A stretch of DNA of 14,707 nt from a candidate division WOR-3 bacterium (lineage in GTDB: Bacteria > Hydrothermota > UBA3072 > B12-G15), in assembly GCA_965649055.1 (NCBI GenBank), contig CBFGJG010000046.1, positions 1 to 14,707 on the forward strand, written 5' to 3'. A model generated the notes under the pieces. It was not told the DNA's origin. It did not search any database and saw only the letters and a program-made list of their open reading frames with translations. This document shows positions 1 to 8,452 of the stretch, piece after piece (the stretch's first letter is position 1; each line of letters opens with the position of its first letter). The position numbers were made by a program, and so were the translations under genes.

Positions 1-36
1 TTTGTATGTCAAGGAGATAAATTAACAAAAAAAGAC

Positions 37-65
37 TTGACATTACCACATTTTTAATTTATATT
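37..65 (+). promoter_or_regulatory. sigma70-type promoter of the pilTCSR operon
   Basis: TTGACA at 37-42, 17-nt spacer, TATATT at 60-65, with an A-tract (UP-like element) just upstream. Inferred from consensus match only. Confidence 0.75.
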
Positions 66-86
66 TAAATTATAAAATCATAAAAA

Positions 87-92
87 GGGAGG
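87..92 (+). promoter_or_regulatory. Shine-Dalgarno site of pilT
   Basis: GGGAGG immediately upstream of the ATG at 96. Confidence 0.7.
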
Positions 93-95
93 AGT

Positions 96-1175
96 ATGGC
101 TGTAAATAATATAAAGGATCTGCTTGAAGAAATGGTGAGAAGAAATGCAAGTGATTTGCATTTAACAGTTGCAGCTCCACCTGTCTTCAGAATTGACGGA
201 CAACTTGTTCCAGGGAATTATGAACCTTTCACACCCGAAGATGTAAAAAAACTTGTTTATAGTATATTAAATGATGAGCAAAAGAAAAAATTTGAGACCG
301 AGAAGGAACTTGACTTGAGTTTTGGTATTCCAGGACTTTCAAGATTCAGAGGAAATGTTTTCTATCAAAGAGGACAGGTTGCAATGGCTATAAGAACTAT
401 TCCATTTAAAATTAGGACTTTCAGAGAACTTGGTCTTCCCCCGGTTGTTGCAGACCTTACTACTAAACAGAAAGGATTAATACTTGTAACTGGGCCAACA
501 GGTTGTGGAAAATCAACAACACTTGCAGCAATGATTGATAAAATAAGCAATGAAAGAAAATGTCATATTGTTACTATCGAAGACCCTATTGAGTATCTGT
601 TCAAACACAAACTTTCTATAGTTAACCAGAGACAGGTTGGTTCAGATACATATTCGTTCCAAAAAGCATTGAAATACGTCTTAAGGCAAGACCCTGATGT
701 AGTTATGGTTGGTGAGATGAGAGACCTTGAAACAACCGAAGCAGCATTAACGATTGCAGAAACAGGACATTTAACACTTGCGACACTCCATACAAACTCA
801 GCAGCTGAATCAATATCAAGGATAATAGATATATTTCCTACAAATAGACAATCACAGGTCAGGGCACAGCTTGCCTTTGTTATTCTTGCTGTTATTACAC
901 AATCACTGATTCCTAAACTTACAGGTGGAAGGGCGTTATGTCTTGAAATACTTATAGGAACACCTGCAATAAAAGCATTGATAAGGGATAATAAATTACA
1001 TCAAATTTATTCAAGTATGCAAGCAGGGCAGAAATATGGAATGATAACAATGAATCAGTCTTTATACCAGTTATATAGTTCAAGACAGATTTCACTGGAA
1101 GATGCAATTTCTTATTCGAGAAATCCAGAAGAACTTGAAAAGATGATTGAACAAAAATCTATGATAGTAAAATAA
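96..1175 (+). CDS. pilT: Type IV pilus retraction (twitching motility) ATPase PilT
   Basis: ASDLHL N-terminal motif, Walker A GPTGCGKST, Asp box TIEDPIE, Walker B LRQDPDVVMVGEMRD, His box AETGHLTLATLHT, and the AIRNLIRE-like helix AIKALIRD. Confidence 0.95.
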   Translation: MAVNNIKDLLEEMVRRNASDLHLTVAAPPVFRIDGQLVPGNYEPFTPEDVKKLVYSILNDEQKKKFETEKELDLSFGIPGLSRFRGNVFYQRGQVAMAIRTIPFKIRTFRELGLPPVVADLTTKQKGLILVTGPTGCGKSTTLAAMIDKISNERKCHIVTIEDPIEYLFKHKLSIVNQRQVGSDTYSFQKALKYVLRQDPDVVMVGEMRDLETTEAALTIAETGHLTLATLHTNSAAESISRIIDIFPTNRQSQVRAQLAFVILAVITQSLIPKLTGGRALCLEILIGTPAIKALIRDNKLHQIYSSMQAGQKYGMITMNQSLYQLYSSRQISLEDAISYSRNPEELEKMIEQKSMIVK

Positions 1176-1188
1176 AAAAGGGGGATAA

Positions 1189-2397
1189 ATGCCTATTTAT
1201 GTTTGGAAAGGTAAAACTGCATCAGGAATAATCCAGACAGGTGAAATAGTTGCAGCAAACCCTCAAGAAGTTCACAATATATTAAGGGAAAGAAAAATTG
1301 TCCCGACCTCTGTAAAACCAAAGCCCAAAGAATTAACTTTACCTTTTGGAAAAGGGGTTGGATTAAGAGACTTATCAATCTTCACAAGACAATTTGCAAC
1401 TATGATCAATGCAGGTTTACCTCTTATAAAATGTCTTGAAATTCAGGAGCAACAGGTTACAAAAGCTACATTTAAGAACGTTTTAAGGCAGGTTATTACA
1501 GATGTTGAAGGTGGTTCAACACTTGCAGATTCCTTAAAAAAACATAAGGCTATATTCAGTGATCTTTATGTGAATATGGTCGCAGCCGGTGAGAGTGGTG
1601 GTGCACTTGATGTGATTCTCAATAGGCTTGCCACATATCTTGAAAAGAATGCTGAGATTATAAGAAAGATAAAAGGGGCTATGATTTATCCTGCAATGAT
1701 ATCTGTTGTTATGGTTGTTGCAGTCGTTCTTATGTTAACAGTGGTTATTCCTGTATTTGCTGCTATGTATACTGGTCTGGGTTCCAAACTCCCTCTTCCA
1801 ACGCAGATTGTTATAAATATGAGTAACTTTTTGAAGAAATATATTATCTATATGATCATTGCCGCAATTGCAGCAGCTATTGTTTTCAGAATATATTACA
1901 GGACTGAGAATGGACATTTTGTTATTGATGGTTTTATGTTAAAAGTTCCCATATTTGGAGACCTTATAAAAAAACAGTCTCTCACAAGATTCTCAAGAAC
2001 CCTTGCGACACTTCTTTCAAGTGGTGTAAACATTCTTGAAGCACTTGAAATAACAGCCAAGACTTCAGGTAATAAGGTAATAGAAAAGGCAATTTTACGT
2101 TCAAGGGCATCTATTGCACAAGGTGAATCAGTTGCAACTCCATTATCTAAAGAAAAAGGTCTATTCCCACCTATGGTTGTTCAGATGATAACTATTGGTG
2201 AGCAAACTGGCGGTCTTGATGAAATGTTGAATAAGGTTGCTGATTTCTATGATGCTGAAGTAGACCAGGCAGTTGGGAACCTGATGGCAGCAATGGAGCC
2301 AATAATAATGATAGTTTTGGGTGTTGTTGTAGGTGGTATGTTAATGGCAATGTATCTTCCTATATTTAAACTCGCCACTGAATTTATAGGCGGTTAA
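1189..2397 (+). CDS. pilC: Type IV pilus inner-membrane platform protein PilC (GspF family)
   Basis: FTRQFATMINAGLPL, AAGESGGALD, KIKGAMIYP, GEQTGGLDEML, EPIIM and MYLPIF motifs; two T2SSF repeats with TM helices; follows pilT. Confidence 0.95.
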   Translation: MPIYVWKGKTASGIIQTGEIVAANPQEVHNILRERKIVPTSVKPKPKELTLPFGKGVGLRDLSIFTRQFATMINAGLPLIKCLEIQEQQVTKATFKNVLRQVITDVEGGSTLADSLKKHKAIFSDLYVNMVAAGESGGALDVILNRLATYLEKNAEIIRKIKGAMIYPAMISVVMVVAVVLMLTVVIPVFAAMYTGLGSKLPLPTQIVINMSNFLKKYIIYMIIAAIAAAIVFRIYYRTENGHFVIDGFMLKVPIFGDLIKKQSLTRFSRTLATLLSSGVNILEALEITAKTSGNKVIEKAILRSRASIAQGESVATPLSKEKGLFPPMVVQMITIGEQTGGLDEMLNKVADFYDAEVDQAVGNLMAAMEPIIMIVLGVVVGGMLMAMYLPIFKLATEFIGG

Positions 2398-3887
2398 TGA
2401 GAAAAAAAGTTCTTTTTTACATAATTTCAAGAAATTTTTTCTATTATTTTTTTCTATTTTTTATTTATTTTATTCTGAAGGGTGATAGGATTTCATTCAT
2501 CCCGATATTCATTTTTATCGGATTTAACCTTTTGGATTCTATCTTAAATATTATTTACCTTAGGGAAATCAGCATATTTCTTTTAATTAGAGAAAGTTTA
2601 ATTTTCAGTTTTTTCTGCATTATAACAGGTGGACCAGAATCTCCATTTCTTCCTTTTTATTTTATTTTGATATTGATAACATCTTTTAATCTTTCGCTTG
2701 GGAAAACATATCTTATGACAACAATAATAAGTATCTTATTATGTATTGTAATTTTTGGAAAGGACTTAATATATCCCGAAATGTTATCATTTGTTAATAT
2801 AGTTCAAAAACCAAGGCTTGATTTAATAATTGAAACTTCAATTTATATTTTTCTTTTCTTCCTTGTATCTTCAATATCTGTATTTCTGAGCGAAAGATTA
2901 AGGAAGGAAATTAAAAGAATAAAGATAAAGACAGAAGATATTCTAAACTCTATAAAAATAGGTATAATTACAACTGATTTAGACAACAATATTTTATCAT
3001 TAAACAGATGGGCAAGAGATATTTTTTCTTTAAAAGAAGGAATGAATCTTTTAGATACAAATAACTCTAATATCTTAAAAAAATCCATTTTGAATGTAAT
3101 GGAAACCGGAAAAGAAGTCGAATTTGAATTAAATAGTAAAACATATTCATTAACATATTATCAAATTGAAGAAGGTAAGGGAAAAGTTTTTATAATAACT
3201 GATATTACTGAAAAAAAAGAACTCACAAAAAAAATTATATTATACGACAGAATGGCAACCATAGGAAAATTTGCTGCTGATATTGCTCATGAACTTAGAA
3301 ATCCTTTTATGTCTATCAGGAATGCAATATCTCTATTACAGAATGATAATAATCTCAATAAAAAAGAAAAGGAAAAATTATGGAACTACATTATTCTTGA
3401 AAGTGATAGAATAGAAGACTTGATAAAAGACTTTTTGACTTATTCGAAAGATATAAAACTTGAAATAAAAGAAGTTAAATTAAAAGATTTACTTAAAGAA
3501 GTTATAAATTCTATAAGATTTCATCCATCTTTTAGAAAAGATGTGAAAATTATCCTAAAATGTGAAGATATCAAGATAAATGTAGATCCGGAAAGATTTA
3601 AAAGTGTTATTTCAAACCTTATTGATAATTCTTTCAAGGCAATCAAAGGAAAAGGAATAATAACAATTAGAGCTTTTGAGGATAAAAAAACAATAATAGA
3701 AGTTGAAGATAATGGTGAAGGTATACCTGAAAATCTAAAAAATAACATATTCCAGCCTTTTTTTACAACAAGGAAAGAAGGTGCAGGATTTGGTTTAGCA
3801 ATTGTTAAAAAGATTGTCGAATTACACAATGGGAATGTAAGTTTCAAATCAAAGAAAGGTAAGACTGTATTCAGAATAGAGTTATGA
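2397..3887 (+). CDS. pilS: Membrane sensor histidine kinase, PilS-like
   Basis: Multi-TM N-terminus with TGGPESPF, PAS-like segment, H-box AHELRNP, N-box NLIDNS, G1 EDNGEGI, F box FQPFFTT, G2 GAGFGL. TAATG coupling to pilC; position between pilC and a sigma54 regulator. Confidence 0.85.
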   Translation: MRKKVLFYIISRNFFYYFFLFFIYFILKGDRISFIPIFIFIGFNLLDSILNIIYLREISIFLLIRESLIFSFFCIITGGPESPFLPFYFILILITSFNLSLGKTYLMTTIISILLCIVIFGKDLIYPEMLSFVNIVQKPRLDLIIETSIYIFLFFLVSSISVFLSERLRKEIKRIKIKTEDILNSIKIGIITTDLDNNILSLNRWARDIFSLKEGMNLLDTNNSNILKKSILNVMETGKEVEFELNSKTYSLTYYQIEEGKGKVFIITDITEKKELTKKIILYDRMATIGKFAADIAHELRNPFMSIRNAISLLQNDNNLNKKEKEKLWNYIILESDRIEDLIKDFLTYSKDIKLEIKEVKLKDLLKEVINSIRFHPSFRKDVKIILKCEDIKINVDPERFKSVISNLIDNSFKAIKGKGIITIRAFEDKKTIIEVEDNGEGIPENLKNNIFQPFFTTRKEGAGFGLAIVKKIVELHNGNVSFKSKKGKTVFRIEL

Positions 3888-5221
3888 TAAAACCTACTGT
3901 ATTGATTATTGATGATGAAAGAAGTTTAGTAGATATTTTAAAAATCGGGATGGAAAATGAAGGATATAAGGTTTTTGCAGCATACGACCCTGATACCGGA
4001 TTAAAAATATTCAAAGATGAAAAAACTGATGTGGTTATATCAGATATTAAAATGCAAAAGATGACAGGATTACAACTATTAAAGGAAATAAAAAAGATAG
4101 AACCAAATGTTATATTTATTTTAATAACTGCATATTCATCATTTGAAAGTGCTATAGAAGCATTACGGGGTGGAGCATCGGATTATCTCGTAAAGCCATT
4201 TGACCTTGAAGAACTAATATTCAGGATTGAGAATGCAATTAAAAAGAGGGAACTCCAGATAGAAGTCAGTTCTTTAAAGACAGAAAAACTTAAAGAACTG
4301 AATATTGTCGGTAAAAGCGAAGCAATAGAAAATGTCAAAGAAATAATAAAAAAAGTTGCATCACTGAATACGAACGTTCTAATAACCGGAGAAAGTGGTT
4401 CTGGAAAAGAACTTGTAGCACAACTTATACACTATCAGTCTTCAAGACCTGGAAGATTCATTCCGATAAATTGTGCGTCAATTCCTGAAAACCTCCTCGA
4501 AAGTGAACTGTTTGGATACAAGAGAGGTGCATTTACAGGGGCTGTTTCTGACAAAGATGGTGTATTCAAACTTGCTGATAAAGGAACTGTATTTCTTGAC
4601 GAAATAACTGAGTTACCATTATTACTTCAACCTAAACTTCTAAGGGTAATAGAAACTTTTGAGTATATCCCTCTTGGGGGAACTAAGACTGAAAAAGTAG
4701 ATGTCAGGATTATTGCTGCAACAAACAGAGAAATTGAAGAAGAAGTTAAAAAGGGTAATTTCAGAGAAGACCTTTATTACAGATTAAATGTAATTCCGAT
4801 TCGTATACCGCCATTAAGAGACCGGATTGAAGATATTCCAGTTCTAATTGAATATTTTATGAATAAAATATCTACAAGGTTTAATATTAAACCTAAAAAG
4901 TTTGATAAAAATGCTTTAAAATTGTTGCTTGATTATAATTGGCCGGGGAATGTCAGAGAACTTGAAAACCTGATAGAGAGAATCCTCGTTCTTGAAAAAG
5001 AAGAAACCATAAACACTGAGATAATAAAAAAATACCTCACAAAGATTGAGCAGGATAATAAAAAAGAAACGAGCAATCTGTCCGAAATAGAGAAAAATAC
5101 TATTTTAAAAACACTTGAAGAGTGTAAAGGAAATATTACTAAAGCATCAAAAAAACTCGGTGTTCATCCTTCAACACTTTATAGAAAACTTAAAAAACTA
5201 AATATTAATAAATATCTTTAA
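3884..5221 (+). CDS. pilR: sigma54-dependent NtrC-family response regulator, PilR-like
   Basis: Receiver domain (IIDDE, SDIKM, YLVKPF), AAA+ domain (GESGSGKE, ESELFG, GAFTGA, FLDEI, WPGNVREL), Fis-type HTH. ATGA overlap with pilS. Confidence 0.88.
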   Translation: MIKPTVLIIDDERSLVDILKIGMENEGYKVFAAYDPDTGLKIFKDEKTDVVISDIKMQKMTGLQLLKEIKKIEPNVIFILITAYSSFESAIEALRGGASDYLVKPFDLEELIFRIENAIKKRELQIEVSSLKTEKLKELNIVGKSEAIENVKEIIKKVASLNTNVLITGESGSGKELVAQLIHYQSSRPGRFIPINCASIPENLLESELFGYKRGAFTGAVSDKDGVFKLADKGTVFLDEITELPLLLQPKLLRVIETFEYIPLGGTKTEKVDVRIIAATNREIEEEVKKGNFREDLYYRLNVIPIRIPPLRDRIEDIPVLIEYFMNKISTRFNIKPKKFDKNALKLLLDYNWPGNVRELENLIERILVLEKEETINTEIIKKYLTKIEQDNKKETSNLSEIEKNTILKTLEECKGNITKASKKLGVHPSTLYRKLKKLNINKYL

Positions 5222-6770
5222 TAATATGGGGTGTTAGGAATATCAAAACCTCTCTATCCCTTGTTTCTTTATATGTCCTTCTAAACATGAAACCTATTAA
5301 CGGCAGGTTTTTTAGAATAGGTATACCTTCAATCCTTTCTGTCTCAGTTTGCTGTATAAACCCACCTATAACGAGTGTTTCACCGTCCTTAATCACTGCT
5401 CTTGTCGAAGCATTAGTCATCGTGATTAATTTTTCCGTTATTACATCACTTAATTCAATTTCTATATTCATTGTAATATCCTCAAGTGAATTTATCTGTG
5501 GAATGCATATAAGCCTTATACCTGCAGTAAACCATGTTACAACCGGGTTACCCCTCTGGTCAATAACTGTTGCGGAGAATTTTTTACCTCCAAAGACCTC
5601 AGCCTGCTGATTATTTGCAGTTGTAACCCTTGGATTTGCGATTGTATGAATTTTATTATTTGTTTCAAGTGCCTTCAGAGTTCCTATTAACTTTGCAAAA
5701 TCCCTTATTGTTCCAAGTGTCAGGTATATGCCACCTATTGGACCTCCTGCCTGTGAACTTGAAACCTCTCCACCAATATTCCATTGAGGTTGTGTCATAT
5801 AATTTGTTCCAAGTGATAACGCAAGGTCATTAATAACTGATTTGTCGGCGTCAATAATCCTTGCTTCTATTGATACCTGTGGTGTCTTTGTATCAAGAAT
5901 CCTGACAAGACTTTCAACTTCTCTCATTTTGGATTCAACATCCTTCACAATCACCGAGTTTGTCCTTTTGTCCACATCAATTGAACCTCTTTTTGTAAGT
6001 AATCCTTTAATAATCTTTGCAACATCCTCGCAAAATGCAAATTCCAATTTTATAACCTTTTGAACAAGTGGGGATGCCATTTCCTGTGATTCTCTTTCTG
6101 CCTCAAAGTCTTTTCCGCTACCAACCCTTATCACATTCCCTTCAATAACATACGCAAAACCCTTTGTCTGTAGAATAAGCCTCAAAGCATCTTCCCAATA
6201 AACATTATCAAGCTTAACAGTAACTAATCCTTTTACAGCATCTCCAATTATTATATTCATACCTGCATATTCTGCAATTGCCCTTAATGCTGTTTCAAGA
6301 CTTGCATTTTCATAATTCAAAGAAAGTTTTGTTTTTACCGGTGTGTACTGCCTTTCCTCTTTTATCTCGGGGACAACATCTTTCGATTTTGAGAGTGTAA
6401 CAGGTGCAAATGCCTCTGTATTTGTACTTATCTCAATTGTAATATTTTTGTCTGATTGTGAAACAAGATAATTGAACGCATTAGCAGCATTAATGGTAAT
6501 CCTTAACATATTCGCGGAAGGAACAGTTGAAAACTCAATGCTATTTATCTTTCCTTTAGAAACATTCCAGACATTCTGGTCAAAATCTGTGGTTGTATTG
6601 AGCAAATCTATAACAATTGAATTGTCAACTGTGAAATCTGTATAACTTGTTTTTTCATCAAGTGTAAAATTGACAATTGTGGTCTGGTTGCTACCTGAAA
6701 TAGTAACCTCTGTTAATTTTGCTCCAAACAAACAGATAACAAGTAAAACAATAAGAATTGTTTTTCTCAT
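5205..6770 (-). CDS. pilQ: Type IV pilus secretin PilQ
   Basis: Signal peptide, AMIN-like N-terminal region, N0/STN segment (VTVKLDNVYWEDAL), N3 segment (VDKRTNSVIVKD), secretin domain (PQVSIEARI, DGETLVIGG, GIPILKNLPLIGFMF, LIFLTPHI); last gene of pilMNOPQ. Confidence 0.93.
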   Translation of the reverse strand: MRKTILIVLLVICLFGAKLTEVTISGSNQTTIVNFTLDEKTSYTDFTVDNSIVIDLLNTTTDFDQNVWNVSKGKINSIEFSTVPSANMLRITINAANAFNYLVSQSDKNITIEISTNTEAFAPVTLSKSKDVVPEIKEERQYTPVKTKLSLNYENASLETALRAIAEYAGMNIIIGDAVKGLVTVKLDNVYWEDALRLILQTKGFAYVIEGNVIRVGSGKDFEAERESQEMASPLVQKVIKLEFAFCEDVAKIIKGLLTKRGSIDVDKRTNSVIVKDVESKMREVESLVRILDTKTPQVSIEARIIDADKSVINDLALSLGTNYMTQPQWNIGGEVSSSQAGGPIGGIYLTLGTIRDFAKLIGTLKALETNNKIHTIANPRVTTANNQQAEVFGGKKFSATVIDQRGNPVVTWFTAGIRLICIPQINSLEDITMNIEIELSDVITEKLITMTNASTRAVIKDGETLVIGGFIQQTETERIEGIPILKNLPLIGFMFRRTYKETRDREVLIFLTPHIIKDIY

Positions 6771-7330
6771 TTATCCCCCTCTTTTGATTTTAAATAAAGA
6801 ACGATTTTTTGAACCTGTTCAAATTGTTGTAATCTAAAAGTTATTGAGTTTTTATCTATCTTCTCCACATAACCATTAATAACCTTATCACCTTCTCTTA
6901 AAACATAACCTGAACCACCAATTTCTTTAACCAGTGCAATATAACCATTAGCTCCCCAGATAGTTCCAACAAGTTCGGCATCCTCCACCTGTAAACCTTT
7001 CTCTGAAGTTCCTTTTGTAACCAGTGGATTAAATGGGTCTGATTTTCCTCTGTCGCTATACACAAAGATCTCCCATTTTAAGGCTTCATTAACATCCCTT
7101 ATTGTATCAATCTTTGAAAAATCCAAGGTGTCTATATTAGTTGGTACCGGATTAACCTGAGAAAGAATCATCTTTTCAGGAAGTGATGGGTTATCAAATC
7201 TTGGAGAAAAAAATGAAATAGTTTTATCAACAAGTCTATCAAAGAAGTTAGAATTAGAAGAACAACTTAAAAGTAATAATAAAAGTAAAACAAAGATACT
7301 ATTTATGAGGCTTTTTCTTATCTTTTTCAT
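6767..7330 (-). CDS. pilP: Type IV pilus assembly lipoprotein PilP (start revised to ATG at 7330, 187 aa)
   Basis: AGGAGGT SD at 7338-7344 before the ATG at 7330; basic N-terminus, poly-Leu h-region and lipobox LLSC (Cys23); SDPF motif (RDPF-like) and C-terminal beta domain LVGTIW...GYVLREGDKV; lies between pilO and pilQ. Confidence 0.8.
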   Translation of the reverse strand: MKKIRKSLINSIFVLLLLLLLSCSSNSNFFDRLVDKTISFFSPRFDNPSLPEKMILSQVNPVPTNIDTLDFSKIDTIRDVNEALKWEIFVYSDRGKSDPFNPLVTKGTSEKGLQVEDAELVGTIWGANGYIALVKEIGGSGYVLREGDKVINGYVEKIDKNSITFRLQQFEQVQKIVLYLKSKEGDK

Positions 7331-7868
7331 CTTTAACACCTCCTGTTGAACCCACATAAGCGGATAGATTCATCGAAGCAGTGAGTTTTTCTTTTTCTGT
7401 TTTTATTGAAATACTGTTAACATTAACTATTCTGGGCATATTATTTAAAGCTGCAAGAAACCTTGCTATATCATGATAACCACCCGAGACGCTCATTTCT
7501 ATTGACAGTTCTCCGTATCCGCCTTTTTCAACAATATTTGGAGAAGGTTTAAACAATAATATTTTAACACCTGACATACCTGCATATCTTGAAATCTCAT
7601 TTAACAGGTTTGTCATAGTTATTGTTTGTGGTAGCATTTCATTTGCCTTTTCCCATCTTTTCTTGATAATCATATATTCAAGAAGGGCTTTATCTTTTTT
7701 CTCGGCAACAGCCCTTGCCTTGTTTAAGTCTTCTGAAACCTTCTGATATTCACCCCTTATTTTCAAATACTCCGCTTTCTTTTTATTAATAATAAGAAAA
7801 TATCCAAGGGCAAAAATCACAATTGCAAGCAAAATGATAATATAAGAATATCTTATTTTTCCTATCAT
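7299..7868 (-). CDS. pilO: Type IV pilus assembly protein PilO
   Basis: N-terminal TM helix, coiled coil, MLP...LLNEIS, and GGYHDIARFLAALNNMPRIVNV PilO signature. Confidence 0.9.
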   Translation of the reverse strand: MIGKIRYSYIIILLAIVIFALGYFLIINKKKAEYLKIRGEYQKVSEDLNKARAVAEKKDKALLEYMIIKKRWEKANEMLPQTITMTNLLNEISRYAGMSGVKILLFKPSPNIVEKGGYGELSIEMSVSGGYHDIARFLAALNNMPRIVNVNSISIKTEKEKLTASMNLSAYVGSTGGVKDEKDKKKPHK

Positions 7869-8452
7869 TATCCACCTCCTGCTGGATGGACGTTTCCACG
7901 TATTGAAAATTGCATTAAATTATGCTCCTCTATATTCACATATTTAGTTTCTATTAAAGTAATGTTTGATATGTAATTTGAATTTTCAAGATTTTGCATA
8001 AATTGTGTAACTATTAGATTTGAAAAAGTAATTCCTGAAATATTTATTGTTCCAGCAACAATATTAATGTCAGTTAACCACATATAATCAGGAATATTTT
8101 TATTAATCTCATCAATAACATGTATCATTAAAGATCTATTCAAATTAAGATTTTTAACAAGTTCTATAAGGATATTGAGTTGTTTTTGTTTGCTCTCAAG
8201 AGAATTTACCAGTTCCACTTCAGGCTGTAATTTAGTCAATTCCTGTTTTGCAACCTGAATATCATTTTTTACCTTCTTTATCTTTTTTATATAATTAAAA
8301 TTTATAAAAAATACAAGGAATATAGAAATTAAGAGAAGTATAAGACTCGCATATAAATCCCATCCTTTAAGAGTAATCTTTGGAAGTCCTACTGCTCTTT
8401 TAGCTCTTACCTTTTTTCTTTCTTCCTTTGGAATAAGATTTACCTTTATCAT
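7868..8452 (-). CDS. pilN: Type IV pilus assembly protein PilN
   Basis: N-terminal IKVNLIP (INLLP-type PilM-binding motif), TM helix, coiled coil, IPDYMWLT and FMQNLENS motifs. Confidence 0.9.
   Translation of the reverse strand: MIKVNLIPKEERKKVRAKRAVGLPKITLKGWDLYASLILLLISIFLVFFINFNYIKKIKKVKNDIQVAKQELTKLQPEVELVNSLESKQKQLNILIELVKNLNLNRSLMIHVIDEINKNIPDYMWLTDINIVAGTINISGITFSNLIVTQFMQNLENSNYISNITLIETKYVNIEEHNLMQFSIRGNVHPAGGG

Noticed and set aside
1..57. 3' end of an upstream gene (for example pilB) or an SD-like AAGGAG at 11-16
   Set aside because: The short frames have no recognisable motif and no start codon follows the AAGGAG at a suitable distance.
2435..3234. T6-T7 runs at the pilS 5' end and two A8 tracts (3211-3218, 3227-3234) as phase-variation sites
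   Set aside because: Runs of 8 or fewer are expected in this AT-rich DNA, they encode Phe/Lys stretches, and similar runs occur in other genes.
365..3847. Short - strand ORFs (365-550, 1193-1378, 1735-1917, 2843-3088, 3521-3847)
   Set aside because: They are antisense shadows fully inside well-supported pilT, pilC and pilS genes and have no recognisable motifs.
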